From Rhizobiaceae bacterium (lineage in GTDB: Bacteria > Pseudomonadota > Alphaproteobacteria > Rhizobiales > Rhizobiaceae): DNA of 64,000 nt. The first letter of the stretch is position 1. Each line of letters opens with the position of its first letter. The stretch is taken from NCBI GenBank assembly GCA_035556195.1, contig DATMFK010000011.1, forward strand, positions 24,900 to 88,899. Reading direction: 5' to 3'. Position numbers and translations under genes: made by a program. The notes under the pieces were generated by a model. That model saw nothing but the letters and a program-made list of their open reading frames with translations, was not told the origin of the DNA and did no database searches. Shown one piece after another: positions 49,203 to 59,172 of this stretch.

Positions 49203-51713
49203 TCATGGCCTTGTGAGTCGCGCAAAGAACCATTGCTTCACTTCCTCGGCCACGGCGAGATAGACGGCAGTCACGGCAGCAAGGCTTAGCAGCACCTCCA
49301 CCGGGAGCGGCACGAAACCGAGCCAGACGCCGAGCGGCGTGAATGGCAACGCCAGTGCCAGGGCCACGATCCCGAGCGAGCTTGCGGCAAGGGCAGGATG
49401 CGGCCAACTGAGCCACGGCCGCGCCCGAGTGCGGATGACAAAGATCACCAGCACCTGGGTCATCAGCGATTCCACGAACCATCCCGTCTGGAACAGCGCT
49501 TCGCTTGCCCGGAAGCCCCACAGCAGCAGCCCAAAGGTGAGGAAGTCGAACAAGGAACTGACCGGTCCCAGAACGAGCATGAAGTTTCGCACGAACCTCA
49601 TGTCCCAGTGGCGCGGCTTGGCGATCATCGCCTCGTCCACCTTGTCGAGCGGGATGGCGATCTCGGAGGTGTCGTAGAGCAGGTTGTTGAGCAGGATCTG
49701 CATGGGGAGCATCGGGAGGAACGGCAAGGCGAGCACTGCTCCGGCCATGGAGAACATGTTGCCGAAATTGGAGCTCGTGCCCATCATCACGTATTTCATG
49801 ATGTTGGCGAAGGTCCGCCGGCCCTCGCGCACGCCCTCCGCCAGCACGTTGAGGTCGTATCTGAGCAGGATCATCGCCGCCGCTTCCTTGGCGACGTCGA
49901 CCGCGCCCTCGACGGAGAGGCCAACATCCGCCGCCTGGAGGGAAGGCGCGTCGTTGATACCGTCGCCAAGATAGCCGACGACATGACCTTTGCGGCGCAG
50001 AGCGCGAATGATCCGCGCCTTCTGTGGCGGCGTGACGCGACAGAACAAGGTGGTGCTGGAAAGCTTCGCCGACAGGGCCTCGTCCGTGAGCGTGGCGAGC
50101 TCCGGCCCGTTGACGATGCCGCCCACGGGAATGCCGAGCGCCGCGCACACATGCCGCGTCACCCGCTCATTGTCGCCTGTGACGATCTTCACCGACACGC
50201 CAAGCCGGGAGAGCGCTTCCAGCGCCGGGCGTGCGCTGTCCTTCGGCGGGTCGAGAAAGGCTGCCAGACCGGCAAAGGTCAGCTCGCTTTCATCGGCGAT
50301 GTCGGCATGATCGCGTTCCGGCTCGACCTCGCGCCAGGCGACGCCCAGCAGGCGGAGTCCCTCGTCGCCAAGCCGTTCCAGCGTGGCGTGGGCCGTTGCC
50401 CGGGCGCTGTCGTCGAGTGGCTTGGCCCCGTCGGCTCCCATAAGCCGATAGGTCGAGGAATGTCCGAGCACGTCCTCCGGCGCGCCCTTGACGACCAGGA
50501 AACGGCGTCCGCCATGCTCGGCGAGAATGGATACCCGGCGCCGCTCGAAATCGAAGGGCACCTCGTCGATCTTGCGCCAGGAGGCGGCGTCGATCGGCGC
50601 AGCCTCGATGATGGCATCGTCGAGCGGGCTCTTCAGGCCCGTTTCGAAGACGGCATTGACATAGGCCCACTGCAGAACGTCGCTGCTCTCGTTGCCCCCG
50701 ATATCGACCTCGCGGATGAGCTTGATGCGGGCTTCGGTGAGCGTGCCGGTCTTGTCGCTGCACAATATGTCCATGCTGCCGAGATCGTGGATGGCGGAAA
50801 GGCGCTTCACGATGACCTGCTCGCGGGACATGCGGACCGCGCCCCGCGCGAGCGTCACCGAGACGACCATCGGCAGGAGTTCCGGCGTAAGTCCGACGGC
50901 CAGCGCCAGGGCAAAGAGGAAGGACTCGATCAAAGGCCGGTGGAAGAGCAGATTGATCAGGAGGACGAACAGCACCAGCAGCACGGTCAGCCGCACGATC
51001 AGCATACCAAACTCGCGAATGCCAAGCGTGAAGGCCGTCGGCGGAGGTTCTTCGTGCAGCGCGCCGGCGATGGCTCCGAGTCGCGTGGCACGTCCGGTGG
51101 CAACCACCAGAGCGCGCGCCGTGCCGCTCACGACCGAACTGCCCATGAAGACGGCGTTGTCCGGGGTCGACGCTTCCGCTGCTTCCGGCCGTGCCGGGTT
51201 CGCATTCTTTTCGGCCGGATAGGGTTCGCCCGTCAGGAGCGCTTCGTTCACGAACAGGTCGCGCGCCTCGATCAGCCGGCAGTCGGCTGGAACGATAACC
51301 CCGGCGGCGAGCAGGACGACGTCGCCGGCCACCAGGTCGGTTGCAGGCAGGTCTTGGACGCGTCCATCCCGCATCACGCGAACGCTGAGCGCCACACGCT
51401 GCCGCAGTGCTTCGGCAGCCGCTTCCGCGCGATGCTCCTGAACGAAGTCGATGAGCACCGACAGGACGACGATCGTCGTGATGATGAGAAAACTCGCCTG
51501 ATCGTGCATCAGCCCCGCGATCAATGCGGCGAACAGAAGAATGAGCACGAGCGGGTTGACGAAGCGCCTCAACAAGCCGGCTATCAGGCGCCGGCGCCGC
51601 GGCGGCTCGAGAAGGTTCGGTCCCTGGACCGCGCGGCGCCGCACCGCCTCCGCGGTGCTCAATCCGTCAGGTGACGCTTGCAAGGCGGCATCGTGCTCGG
51701 CAGGAACCGTCAT
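49203..51713 (-). CDS. mgtA: Magnesium-translocating P-type ATPase
   Basis: LTGEP, GLTPELLP, SDKTGTLT, KGAPE, GDGINDAP, SSNFGNMFS. Confidence 0.93.
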   Translation of the reverse strand: MTVPAEHDAALQASPDGLSTAEAVRRRAVQGPNLLEPPRRRRLIAGLLRRFVNPLVLILLFAALIAGLMHDQASFLIITTIVVLSVLIDFVQEHRAEAAAEALRQRVALSVRVMRDGRVQDLPATDLVAGDVVLLAAGVIVPADCRLIEARDLFVNEALLTGEPYPAEKNANPARPEAAEASTPDNAVFMGSSVVSGTARALVVATGRATRLGAIAGALHEEPPPTAFTLGIREFGMLIVRLTVLLVLFVLLINLLFHRPLIESFLFALALAVGLTPELLPMVVSVTLARGAVRMSREQVIVKRLSAIHDLGSMDILCSDKTGTLTEARIKLIREVDIGGNESSDVLQWAYVNAVFETGLKSPLDDAIIEAAPIDAASWRKIDEVPFDFERRRVSILAEHGGRRFLVVKGAPEDVLGHSSTYRLMGADGAKPLDDSARATAHATLERLGDEGLRLLGVAWREVEPERDHADIADESELTFAGLAAFLDPPKDSARPALEALSRLGVSVKIVTGDNERVTRHVCAALGIPVGGIVNGPELATLTDEALSAKLSSTTLFCRVTPPQKARIIRALRRKGHVVGYLGDGINDAPSLQAADVGLSVEGAVDVAKEAAAMILLRYDLNVLAEGVREGRRTFANIMKYVMMGTSSNFGNMFSMAGAVLALPFLPMLPMQILLNNLLYDTSEIAIPLDKVDEAMIAKPRHWDMRFVRNFMLVLGPVSSLFDFLTFGLLLWGFRASEALFQTGWFVESLMTQVLVIFVIRTRARPWLSWPHPALAASSLGIVALALALPFTPLGVWLGFVPLPVEVLLSLAAVTAVYLAVAEEVKQWFFARLTRP

Positions 51714-51985
51714 GACGCCTCGCGGGCGGTGAGGGCTTGGTCGACGACCAGCTTGGCCCCAGCGAGTTTGACCGGCGTGAGCACTGGCCCACGCCCGGCT
51801 TTCCGGCCGCGCTGAGCCGTGGGCCTCAGGCCGGCAGCGGTGCGTTCGCGAATGAGACCGTGCTCGAATTCCACCAGCACGTCGCCCTCCCGCAGATAAG
51901 CTCGTGCTGAGCCATGGGCCCTGGCGCCAGACGCGATGTCTTCGAAAATCCCTTGGCAGCCAACCCGCGTCAAGGCTTCGGGGTC
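51710..51985 (-). pseudogene. Internally deleted serine resolvase/invertase remnant
   Basis: GCQGIFEDIASG...YLREGDVLV joined directly to EFEHGLIRERTAAGL...GRKAGR; the catalytic DRLxR segment is missing. Confidence 0.75.
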
Positions 51986-52883
51986 ACGCCTTGAACGGTT
52001 CCGGTGCGGGTTTATGGGACGCGACGCCGGCGGCCACGAGAACGATGCCGAACACGTCGCTGAGGTCGGGAATCTGCCGCAGCACCACGATACCGATGAG
52101 CGTGGCGCTGAGCGGCAAGAGCGACAGCATCAGCGCGAAGCTCGCGCGCGGCAGGCGGGCCATGGCCAGTTGATCGCAGACATAGGGGATTACCGAGGAG
52201 CAGATGCCGACTCCGATCGCGGCGGCGAGCAGTTGCGGCGACCACAGGGCCGCCATGGCCTCCGTGAAGCCGACCGGCAGCGCGAAGATCAAGGCGATCG
52301 CCATGGCGGCGCCGAGATTGGCGATGCCGCTCGCGGCGCCCTCGCTGGCGACCCGATGGCCGATGACCACGTAACAGACGAAAAGGACGCCATTGAGCAG
52401 CGCCCAGAACAGGCCGACGGGGTCACTCGACCAGCGAATGTCGATGAGCAGGAACGTTCCGGCCACTGCCAAGGCGAGGGCCAGAAGATTGCGCCGGCTG
52501 CGCAGCCCAATCAGGGCAAGGCCGATCGTGCCGACGAATTCGATCGCCGCGACCAGCGAAAGGGGCAGACGATCCGGGGCAAGATAGAAGGAGCCGTTCA
52601 TCAAAGCCAGGCACGCCCCGAAGGCGACCAACAGCCAGCGCGTTCGGCCGTCGCTTTTCGCCATGACCTGCCAGGGTTTTGTGATCGGCGCAAAGGCAAG
52701 GGCGGCCGTGGCGATGCGCAGCCACGCCACGCCGAGGACGCCTACATAGGGGAAGAGCAGAACGGCGAAGGCGGGCCCCAGATAGTGAAAGACCGCGCTC
52801 ACGAGAAACCAAAGATGCGGCGGAGCCGACTGCGCGATACGCGAGAAAGCAGCGACTGTCACCTGCATCTGCGTCTTCCCCAT
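51984..52883 (-). CDS. EamA/RhtA-like DMT-family exporter
   Basis: Ten-TM pattern; VAWLRIA, IEFVGTIGL, SSVIPY, MLSLLP. Confidence 0.9.
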   Translation of the reverse strand: MGKTQMQVTVAAFSRIAQSAPPHLWFLVSAVFHYLGPAFAVLLFPYVGVLGVAWLRIATAALAFAPITKPWQVMAKSDGRTRWLLVAFGACLALMNGSFYLAPDRLPLSLVAAIEFVGTIGLALIGLRSRRNLLALALAVAGTFLLIDIRWSSDPVGLFWALLNGVLFVCYVVIGHRVASEGAASGIANLGAAMAIALIFALPVGFTEAMAALWSPQLLAAAIGVGICSSVIPYVCDQLAMARLPRASFALMLSLLPLSATLIGIVVLRQIPDLSDVFGIVLVAAGVASHKPAPEPFKA

Positions 52884-52975
52884 TCGATTTGGAGTATCGC
52901 AGGCTAAGGGGCGCAGTGATATGATCGACGGGTTGGGTGTTCGGGTCGTTTGCGATCGAAACGGAGGCCAAAAGC

Positions 52976-53440
52976 ATGGGACGCCTTCGGAACGAAGGTA
53001 ACCTCGATCCCGTCGATCTGCGGATCCTCCGTCTTCTCGCGGAGGACGCCCGCGCCAGCGTCGCGGAGATCGCGAGGGCGGTGAGGATGTCGCCGCCGAG
53101 CGTGTCCGAGCGGATCAGGCGGCTTCAGGAGAACGGCACCATCGAAAGCTATACGATCCGCATCAATCCGGCTGCCTTCAGCCTGCCGCTCGCGGCTTGG
53201 CTTCGGATCAGGCCGGTCCCGGGGGGGCTGGAGCGGGTGACAGAGATGATCAAGGCGACCCCCGAGATCGTGAGCTGCGATCGGGTGACGGGCGAGGATT
53301 GCTTCATCGCAAAGGTCGTCGTGCGGTCGGTCGGCCATCTCGAAGCGGTGATCGACCGCATCATTCCTTACGCGATGACCAATACGGCGGTCGTCCAGTC
53401 GTCGCCGGTCGCGCCACGGCTGCCGGATATCGGGGCGTGA
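52976..53440 (+). CDS. Lrp/AsnC-family regulator divergent from the EamA gene
   Basis: LDPVDLRILRLLAEDARAS, MSPPSVSERIRRL, RVTGEDCF. Confidence 0.93.
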   Translation: MGRLRNEGNLDPVDLRILRLLAEDARASVAEIARAVRMSPPSVSERIRRLQENGTIESYTIRINPAAFSLPLAAWLRIRPVPGGLERVTEMIKATPEIVSCDRVTGEDCFIAKVVVRSVGHLEAVIDRIIPYAMTNTAVVQSSPVAPRLPDIGA

Positions 53441-53464
53441 TCGCACGACCCGCCATCTGAAACG

Positions 53465-53496
53465 AAAGGGCCCCTGCCCGAGGGCAGGGGTCTTTT
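53465..53496 (+). terminator. Rho-independent terminator
   Basis: AAAGGGCCCCTGCCC-GA-GGGCAGGGGTCTTTT between convergent genes. Confidence 0.7.
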
Positions 53497-53548
53497 CCGG
53501 ATCCGCGACGGGCCGCGCCAGTCGCGTACCTGCACGGGGCGCGGTGCC

Positions 53549-54364
53549 CTATTCGATGACGCGGCCCTCGCCAACCTCGGCCGCCGAGGGGTGAAGTCCG
53601 TAGGACTCCAGCACTTTCGCAATGGCGCCTTCCGCCCGGTAAGCCTCGATCGAGCTGTTCATCGCCGAGACCAGTGCCTCGTTCTTTTTCGAGAGCAGGA
53701 AGGATGTCTGCGAGGCGTTCACCGTCGCCGTGATGCGCGGATCGGACTTCAAGAGCTTCACCTTCAGATCGGTGCCGGCGTTGAGCACAACGGCCGCGCC
53801 GAATCCCTCGAGCGCGGCATCGAGCCGGCCGGCCTGCAAGTCCTGAGCGAGGTTCAGCGAGGACGGATAGGTGGTCGAGCCGTCATAGAGGTCTTCCATC
53901 TGCATGACCCAGTCGTAACCCTCGACCGTGCCGATCTTCTTGCCGACGAGGGCGTCGACTGTGTCGTAGCCTTCGGCGGAGACGACGGAAAGCTGGTCGA
54001 GATAGACCGGCACCGACAGCGAGGTGACCTTGTCACGGGCCGCCGTGCGGTAGAACCCGCCCAACGCTATGTCGGCGCGGCCGCTCTGCACGGCCGAAAC
54101 CGCCGCTGGATAGTTGAGAATGTCGTAGGTGATCTCGAGACAGTTCTCGGTGGCGAAACGGGTGACGATTTCGCCATCGATGCCGCTGATCTTGCCGTCC
54201 TTCTCCTGGGAATAGGGCGGCGTGTTGGTGAGCGCGACCGTGAGCTTGCCGGGTGTCAAAGGTTGGAACTCGTGAGCGGGCTTGCAATCCTGGGCATGGG
54301 CCGCGCTGAGCCCCGCTGCCATGGTGAATGCTGCGCTGAAAAGCAACGTCTTGATAGAGAACAT
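53549..54364 (-). CDS. Polar amino acid ABC substrate-binding protein
   Basis: Signal peptide; PPYS, GIDGEI, VQSGRADIA, TAARDK. Confidence 0.9.
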   Translation of the reverse strand: MFSIKTLLFSAAFTMAAGLSAAHAQDCKPAHEFQPLTPGKLTVALTNTPPYSQEKDGKISGIDGEIVTRFATENCLEITYDILNYPAAVSAVQSGRADIALGGFYRTAARDKVTSLSVPVYLDQLSVVSAEGYDTVDALVGKKIGTVEGYDWVMQMEDLYDGSTTYPSSLNLAQDLQAGRLDAALEGFGAAVVLNAGTDLKVKLLKSDPRITATVNASQTSFLLSKKNEALVSAMNSSIEAYRAEGAIAKVLESYGLHPSAAEVGEGRVIE

Positions 54365-54399
54365 CGATTTCTCCGATGGGATCTTGTTAGGATGGCGGG

Positions 54400-55059
54400 T
54401 CATTTGAGGTGAAGGCTGAGGCGGCGCTCGGCGAAAGCCACGAGCCAGCCGAAGGGAAGGGTGACGGCGAGATACATGAGGCCAGCCAGCGCCAGTACGT
54501 CGAGATAGAGATAAGTGGCTGCGCCGACCCGGTAGCTGCGAGCCAGAAGCTCGGGAATGGCGATCGTGAAGGTCAGCGACGTGAGCTGAAAGATCAGGAT
54601 CGCGAAGCCCATAAGCGCGGGCACGGCATAGAGCACGCCTTGGGGGATGACGACATAGCGCAGGATGTCGGCATGGGTCATGCCCAGGGCCTGTCCTGCC
54701 TCGACCTCGCGATGCGGCACGGCATTGAGGCCGGCGCGCAGGATCTCGCTGGTATAGGCGCCGGTGGTCAGCGCCAAGGCGATGACGCCCGACGTGAATG
54801 CTCCGACGCTGATCCCAGCGGATGGCAGCCCATAATACACCATCTGCAGCACCACCAGTGCCGGCGCGCCGCGCCCGATCTCGACCATGGCGATGGACAG
54901 ATAGCGCAGCAGGCGCAGCTTTGCAGAGGAGGCAAGGGCCAGAATCAGGCCGAGCGGCAGGCCGAAGAGGAGAGCCAGGCTGGTGAGTTGGAGCGAGACC
55001 TTCAGCCCTTTCCAGAGCTGTGGTGTCCAGTCGATCCAGTTCGAGAGCAATTCCATCAC
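54400..55059 (-). CDS. Amino acid ABC permease
   Basis: RGAPAL, AYTSEILRAGL, EAGQALG, ILRYVVIPQ. Confidence 0.92.
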   Translation of the reverse strand: MMELLSNWIDWTPQLWKGLKVSLQLTSLALLFGLPLGLILALASSAKLRLLRYLSIAMVEIGRGAPALVVLQMVYYGLPSAGISVGAFTSGVIALALTTGAYTSEILRAGLNAVPHREVEAGQALGMTHADILRYVVIPQGVLYAVPALMGFAILIFQLTSLTFTIAIPELLARSYRVGAATYLYLDVLALAGLMYLAVTLPFGWLVAFAERRLSLHLK

Positions 55060-55697
55060 TTCGAGACCCTCCGTCGCATCAGGGCGTCCATGCGGCGCGA
55101 GAAGTAGGCGACTGGAATGGAAAGCAGGATGTAGAGAAGGGCGGCCATGATGAAGGGCATGAACCCGCCGCCTGCGGCCTGGGCTTCCTGCGAGGCGTAG
55201 AGCATGATGTCACGCACGCCGATGGCCGAGGCGACCGTGGTGTCCTTCAGGAGCGAGACGAGAAAGGTGGCCATGCCGGGGATGGAGACGCGGACGACCT
55301 GTGGCGCCAAGACAAAACGCAGCGTATCAAGGCGCGTAAACCCCAAGGCGATCGACGCCTCCTCCTGCGACTTGGACAGAGCCAGGAAGCCGCCGCGGTA
55401 GATCTCGCACAGATATGCGGCCGACACGAGGCCGAGCCCGAGCGTGGCAGCCTGGAAGGCGCTCAGGGTGACGAAGCCGTTGCCGATGCCGAAGAAGATG
55501 ATGAACAGCCAGACGATCGGCGGAATGCCCCTCAGGATATCGACATAGATCCGCGCGACGAGGCGTAGAAGTATTGAACGCGAGCGGCGCATCAGCACCA
55601 GCGGAACGGCGAGGATCGCGCCGATCAGGAAGGCGCTCACCGTCACGCCGAAGGTGGCGGGCAGCCCTCGGAGGATGGATAGCAACAGATCGATCAT
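55056..55697 (-). CDS. Amino acid ABC permease
   Basis: LRGIPP, AYLCEIYRGG, EASIALG, LLKDTT. Confidence 0.92.
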   Translation of the reverse strand: MIDLLLSILRGLPATFGVTVSAFLIGAILAVPLVLMRRSRSILLRLVARIYVDILRGIPPIVWLFIIFFGIGNGFVTLSAFQAATLGLGLVSAAYLCEIYRGGFLALSKSQEEASIALGFTRLDTLRFVLAPQVVRVSIPGMATFLVSLLKDTTVASAIGVRDIMLYASQEAQAAGGGFMPFIMAALLYILLSIPVAYFSRRMDALMRRRVSK

Positions 55698-56461
55698 TGG
55701 CGGTCGAGAATGGCGCGGAAGAACTGCCGGGTGCGCTCGGAAGTGGGGTTGCGGATGACAGCGTCCGGCGTGCCCTGCTCTATGATCGCGCCGTTGGCCA
55801 TGACGATGACGCGGTCGGCCACCTCCGCGGCGAACGCGATCTCGTGGGTGACGACGATCATCGTCATCCCGTCGCGAGCCAGCTCGCGCATGACGGCCAA
55901 CACTTCCAGACCGAGTTCCGGATCCAGCGCGGATGTCGGCTCGTCGAAAAGCATGACCTGCGGATCGAGGGCAAGGGCCCGGGCGATCGCGATGCGCTGC
56001 TGCTGCCCGCCGGAGAGACGGGATGGATAGGAATGCGCCTTGTCGGCGAGCTTGACACGCTCGAGAAGCTGGGCCGTGCGAGCATCCGCCTCGGCCTTGG
56101 ATCGCCCGAGAACACGCATCTGGGGCAGCGAAATGTTGCGTTCCACGGTCATGTGGGGAAACAGGTTGAAGGACTGGAACACCATGCCGGTGGCGCGACG
56201 CAGCTTCAGGAGCTCCGCCGCTGTCAGTGTTTTCGAGACATCGAACCTGAAATCGCCGACGGACAATTCTCCGGAGTGGGGCGTCTCGAGCATGTTGATC
56301 GTGCGCAACAACGTGCTCTTGCCCGCGCCGCTCGGCCCGACGATCGCGATCACCTCGCCGCGCTTGATCTCAAGGTCGACGTCCTTAACCGCGTGGAAGC
56401 CGCTGTACCTGACATTGATGTCCTTGAGACGAACAATCTGATCTGGATCAGTCAAACGCAT
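55694..56461 (-). CDS. Amino acid ABC ATP-binding protein
   Basis: GPSGAGKST, LSGGQQQR, FDEPTSALDPE, VTHE. Confidence 0.94.
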   Translation of the reverse strand: MRLTDPDQIVRLKDINVRYSGFHAVKDVDLEIKRGEVIAIVGPSGAGKSTLLRTINMLETPHSGELSVGDFRFDVSKTLTAAELLKLRRATGMVFQSFNLFPHMTVERNISLPQMRVLGRSKAEADARTAQLLERVKLADKAHSYPSRLSGGQQQRIAIARALALDPQVMLFDEPTSALDPELGLEVLAVMRELARDGMTMIVVTHEIAFAAEVADRVIVMANGAIIEQGTPDAVIRNPTSERTRQFFRAILDRQ

Positions 56462-56575
56462 TTCCCTTCGATCGCTGTGCGGTCGACCCGAAGGCCGAAC
56501 CCTGCTCATTTGCCACCTGGTTTTGTCGTTAATGTGCTCAGGTAGCTGGCCCCAAAATTTGCGAGCAGCGTTCGG

Positions 56576-57733
56576 TTATGTCGGGGACACGGGACGATTT
56601 CGGTCACTGGTCGGGCGCAGTATCTCGGTTCCCGGAGCCGAGACCGGCGCGCCTTGCAGCGCCCAGTCGGCGGCCACCTGGCCAATGACGGGTGATAGTT
56701 GGATGCCGTAGCCTCCGGCGCCGGCGGCGGTCACGAGCGTGGGCTCGGACATGTCGATCGGCCCGACGAAGGGGCGGTGATCGGCGGTCACGGGGTAGAG
56801 CCCGGCCCAGCCGCGGCCGAGACTGGCACCCGGCAGATCCGGCACCCGTTCGAGCAGCATTTCGGCAAGGTCCACCTTGGAGTCCTCGTCACATTGCTCG
56901 TTGTATGCATCGGGATCTTCGGGTTCCCGCGATTTCACCTTGTGGACTTCGGCGATCAGCTCGGTCGATTTCTCATGCCGAAAGTTCAGCCCCGTGCCTT
57001 CGCCGTTCACGAGGTCCATCACCATCGGCATGACGTAGTCGAGAGGACGGTCGAGATGGATCGAGATGGCTTCGTGCCGTTCCGGATGCACCCACAATTC
57101 CTGGCCGAACATGGCCGCCACCTGTCTCGCCCAGGCGCCGGCCGCGTTGACGACGATGTCGCAGCCTATGTCGCCCTTCGCGGTTTCGAGCGAGTAGCCG
57201 CCGGCCACGCGCTTCACCCCCAGGACCTTGCAGGCCTGGCGCACGATCCCACCCTTCGCCCGCACTTCCTCGGCCAGGAAGTTGCAGAGTTCGTAAGGAT
57301 CGATGAAGCCATCGTCTGGCCCGAAAATGCCGCCGGCGAGACCATCGACGTTCATATGCGGGACGAGCTGGGTCAGGTCGTTGGCCCGATAGAGCCGCGA
57401 GCGGAAGCCCGCCTCGGCCTGCATGCTGACCGACTGTTCGAAGAGAGCCATCTGGGCTTCGGTCCGCGCGAGGCGGAGATAGCCGACGTGATTGAACTTG
57501 AACCCCTTGCTTTCCCAATCGCGGAACTGGCGAATGGCGTGGGTGCGAAGCATGATCTCGAACGGATCGGTGAATTGCGTGCCCACCACGCCGACGGAAC
57601 GTCCGCTGGAACCGGAGGCAAGGCCGTTGGCCTCGAGCACCGTGACCCGGGCGCCTTGCGCGCACAGATTGCTTGCCGTCGCCATACCGAGCGTGCCGGC
57701 GCCGATAACGACAACGTGGGGAGAGGAAGTCAT
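56576..57733 (-). CDS. FAD-dependent oxidoreductase (DAO/sarcosine oxidase beta-like)
   Basis: VVIGAGTLG, GSSGRSVG, VNAAGAW, WAGLY, GAGGYGIQLSP. Confidence 0.9.
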   Translation of the reverse strand: MTSSPHVVVIGAGTLGMATASNLCAQGARVTVLEANGLASGSSGRSVGVVGTQFTDPFEIMLRTHAIRQFRDWESKGFKFNHVGYLRLARTEAQMALFEQSVSMQAEAGFRSRLYRANDLTQLVPHMNVDGLAGGIFGPDDGFIDPYELCNFLAEEVRAKGGIVRQACKVLGVKRVAGGYSLETAKGDIGCDIVVNAAGAWARQVAAMFGQELWVHPERHEAISIHLDRPLDYVMPMVMDLVNGEGTGLNFRHEKSTELIAEVHKVKSREPEDPDAYNEQCDEDSKVDLAEMLLERVPDLPGASLGRGWAGLYPVTADHRPFVGPIDMSEPTLVTAAGAGGYGIQLSPVIGQVAADWALQGAPVSAPGTEILRPTSDRNRPVSPT

Positions 57734-57773
57734 TGCAGTCTCATCTTGTTCGGGAGGAACCAGGACCCGCGGT

Positions 57774-59081
57774 TCACGCGAGGCCTGCGACTTCCGCCAG
57801 GGTGTCGTCGATCGCGGCCAGAATGTTGGCGGCATCCTCCTCCGTCATCGGCGTGGAGAGGGCGAACAATCCATAGCTGGCGGCAAGGATGCCGCGCTTG
57901 AGGCAGCCTTTGTGGAAAACGTCGAGCATCTTGCGCTCCCTGGATCCGGGATACACCGAACGATAGTCGGCCACCGGATTGGACGTGAAATGGACCTTGA
58001 AGAGCGAGCCGAGACCCACGCAGGTGCCGGGCACACCGTGCCTTTCCATTGCCGCATTGATGCCGGCGCGCAGGAAGTCGCCGATCTTGTCCAGATGCGC
58101 GAAGCTCTCTGCGGTCAGCGCCTTCATCGACGCAAGGCCGGCGAGCATCGTGACGGGATTTGCAGTGAAGGTGCCTCCATGGGGGAGGGCAGGCTTGCCC
58201 CTGCTGGGGTCGAACACCGCCATGACGTCCGCTCGACCGGCGATGGCGCCGACCGGGAAACCTCCGCCGATGATCTTTCCCAGGACCGTCAGATCGGGCC
58301 TGACTTTCCACAGACCCTGGGCGCCCTCATAGCCGAGCCGGAAGGAGATCACCTCGTCGAAGATGACGAGCGCGCCGGCGCCGTGAACGATCTCGAACGC
58401 CGCCTTGAGATAGTCGCGGTTCGCGGGGATGAGCCCTGCGCGGTTCGGCATCGGATCGATCAGGATCGCGGCGATTTCGTCTCCATGCGCCTTGAAGACC
58501 GCCTGCAGCGCCTCGGCATCGTTGAAGGGCACGACCAGGACGTCGTCGAGGACTCCCTTTGGCGTGCCCTTGGCATAGGGTGTCGAGACGGGCATGTCGC
58601 CCCAATTGGCTGGCGAGCTGTCGAGGCTGACCTCCGAATAGTCGTAGGAACCATGGTAGGCGCCTTCGATCTTCACGATCTTGGGGCGACCCGTGAAGGC
58701 GCGCGCAGCCTTGATCGCCATCATGACGCCTTCTGTGCCCGAATTGGCGAAACGGATCTGCTCGACGGACGGCAGGCGTTGGACCAGCAGCTCCGCCAGC
58801 TCGATCTCGCTTACGGTCGGCGCTCCGAAAGCGCTGCCGAGTGGCAATTGCGCGGTCACCGCCGCGGTGACGGCCGGATGATTGTAGCCGTGGATCATCG
58901 CCGTGAAATTGTTGATGCAGTCGTAGTAGACATTGCCGTCGACATCCCACATGCGACAGCCGTCGCCTCTTTCCGCGTAGATGGGATGAGGCTCCATGTA
59001 GACCGTGGTGCGCGTGTTTCCGCCGGGCAGGACGAGTTTTGCGCGTTCGTAGAGGGCCGCGGATCTGGTGTAATTGGGCAT
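57774..59081 (-). CDS. Class-III PLP aminotransferase (not HemL)
   Basis: LPGGNTR, RFANSGTE, GAYHG, FDEVI, LGKIIGGG, HGGTF. Confidence 0.9.
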   Translation of the reverse strand: MPNYTRSAALYERAKLVLPGGNTRTTVYMEPHPIYAERGDGCRMWDVDGNVYYDCINNFTAMIHGYNHPAVTAAVTAQLPLGSAFGAPTVSEIELAELLVQRLPSVEQIRFANSGTEGVMMAIKAARAFTGRPKIVKIEGAYHGSYDYSEVSLDSSPANWGDMPVSTPYAKGTPKGVLDDVLVVPFNDAEALQAVFKAHGDEIAAILIDPMPNRAGLIPANRDYLKAAFEIVHGAGALVIFDEVISFRLGYEGAQGLWKVRPDLTVLGKIIGGGFPVGAIAGRADVMAVFDPSRGKPALPHGGTFTANPVTMLAGLASMKALTAESFAHLDKIGDFLRAGINAAMERHGVPGTCVGLGSLFKVHFTSNPVADYRSVYPGSRERKMLDVFHKGCLKRGILAASYGLFALSTPMTEEDAANILAAIDDTLAEVAGLA

Positions 59082-59172
59082 GAAAGGGCTCTGTCGCCTG
59101 AGGCGGGACACATTCGGGGAAGGGGGGCGTTCAAGCCAAGGCCGCGCATGGCGGCCTTGGCGGGCAGGCTGA

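Noticed and set aside
57774-59081. hemL (GSA aminomutase) assignment
   Set aside because: It lacks the GGVNSPVR motif and lies in a catabolic/ABC context
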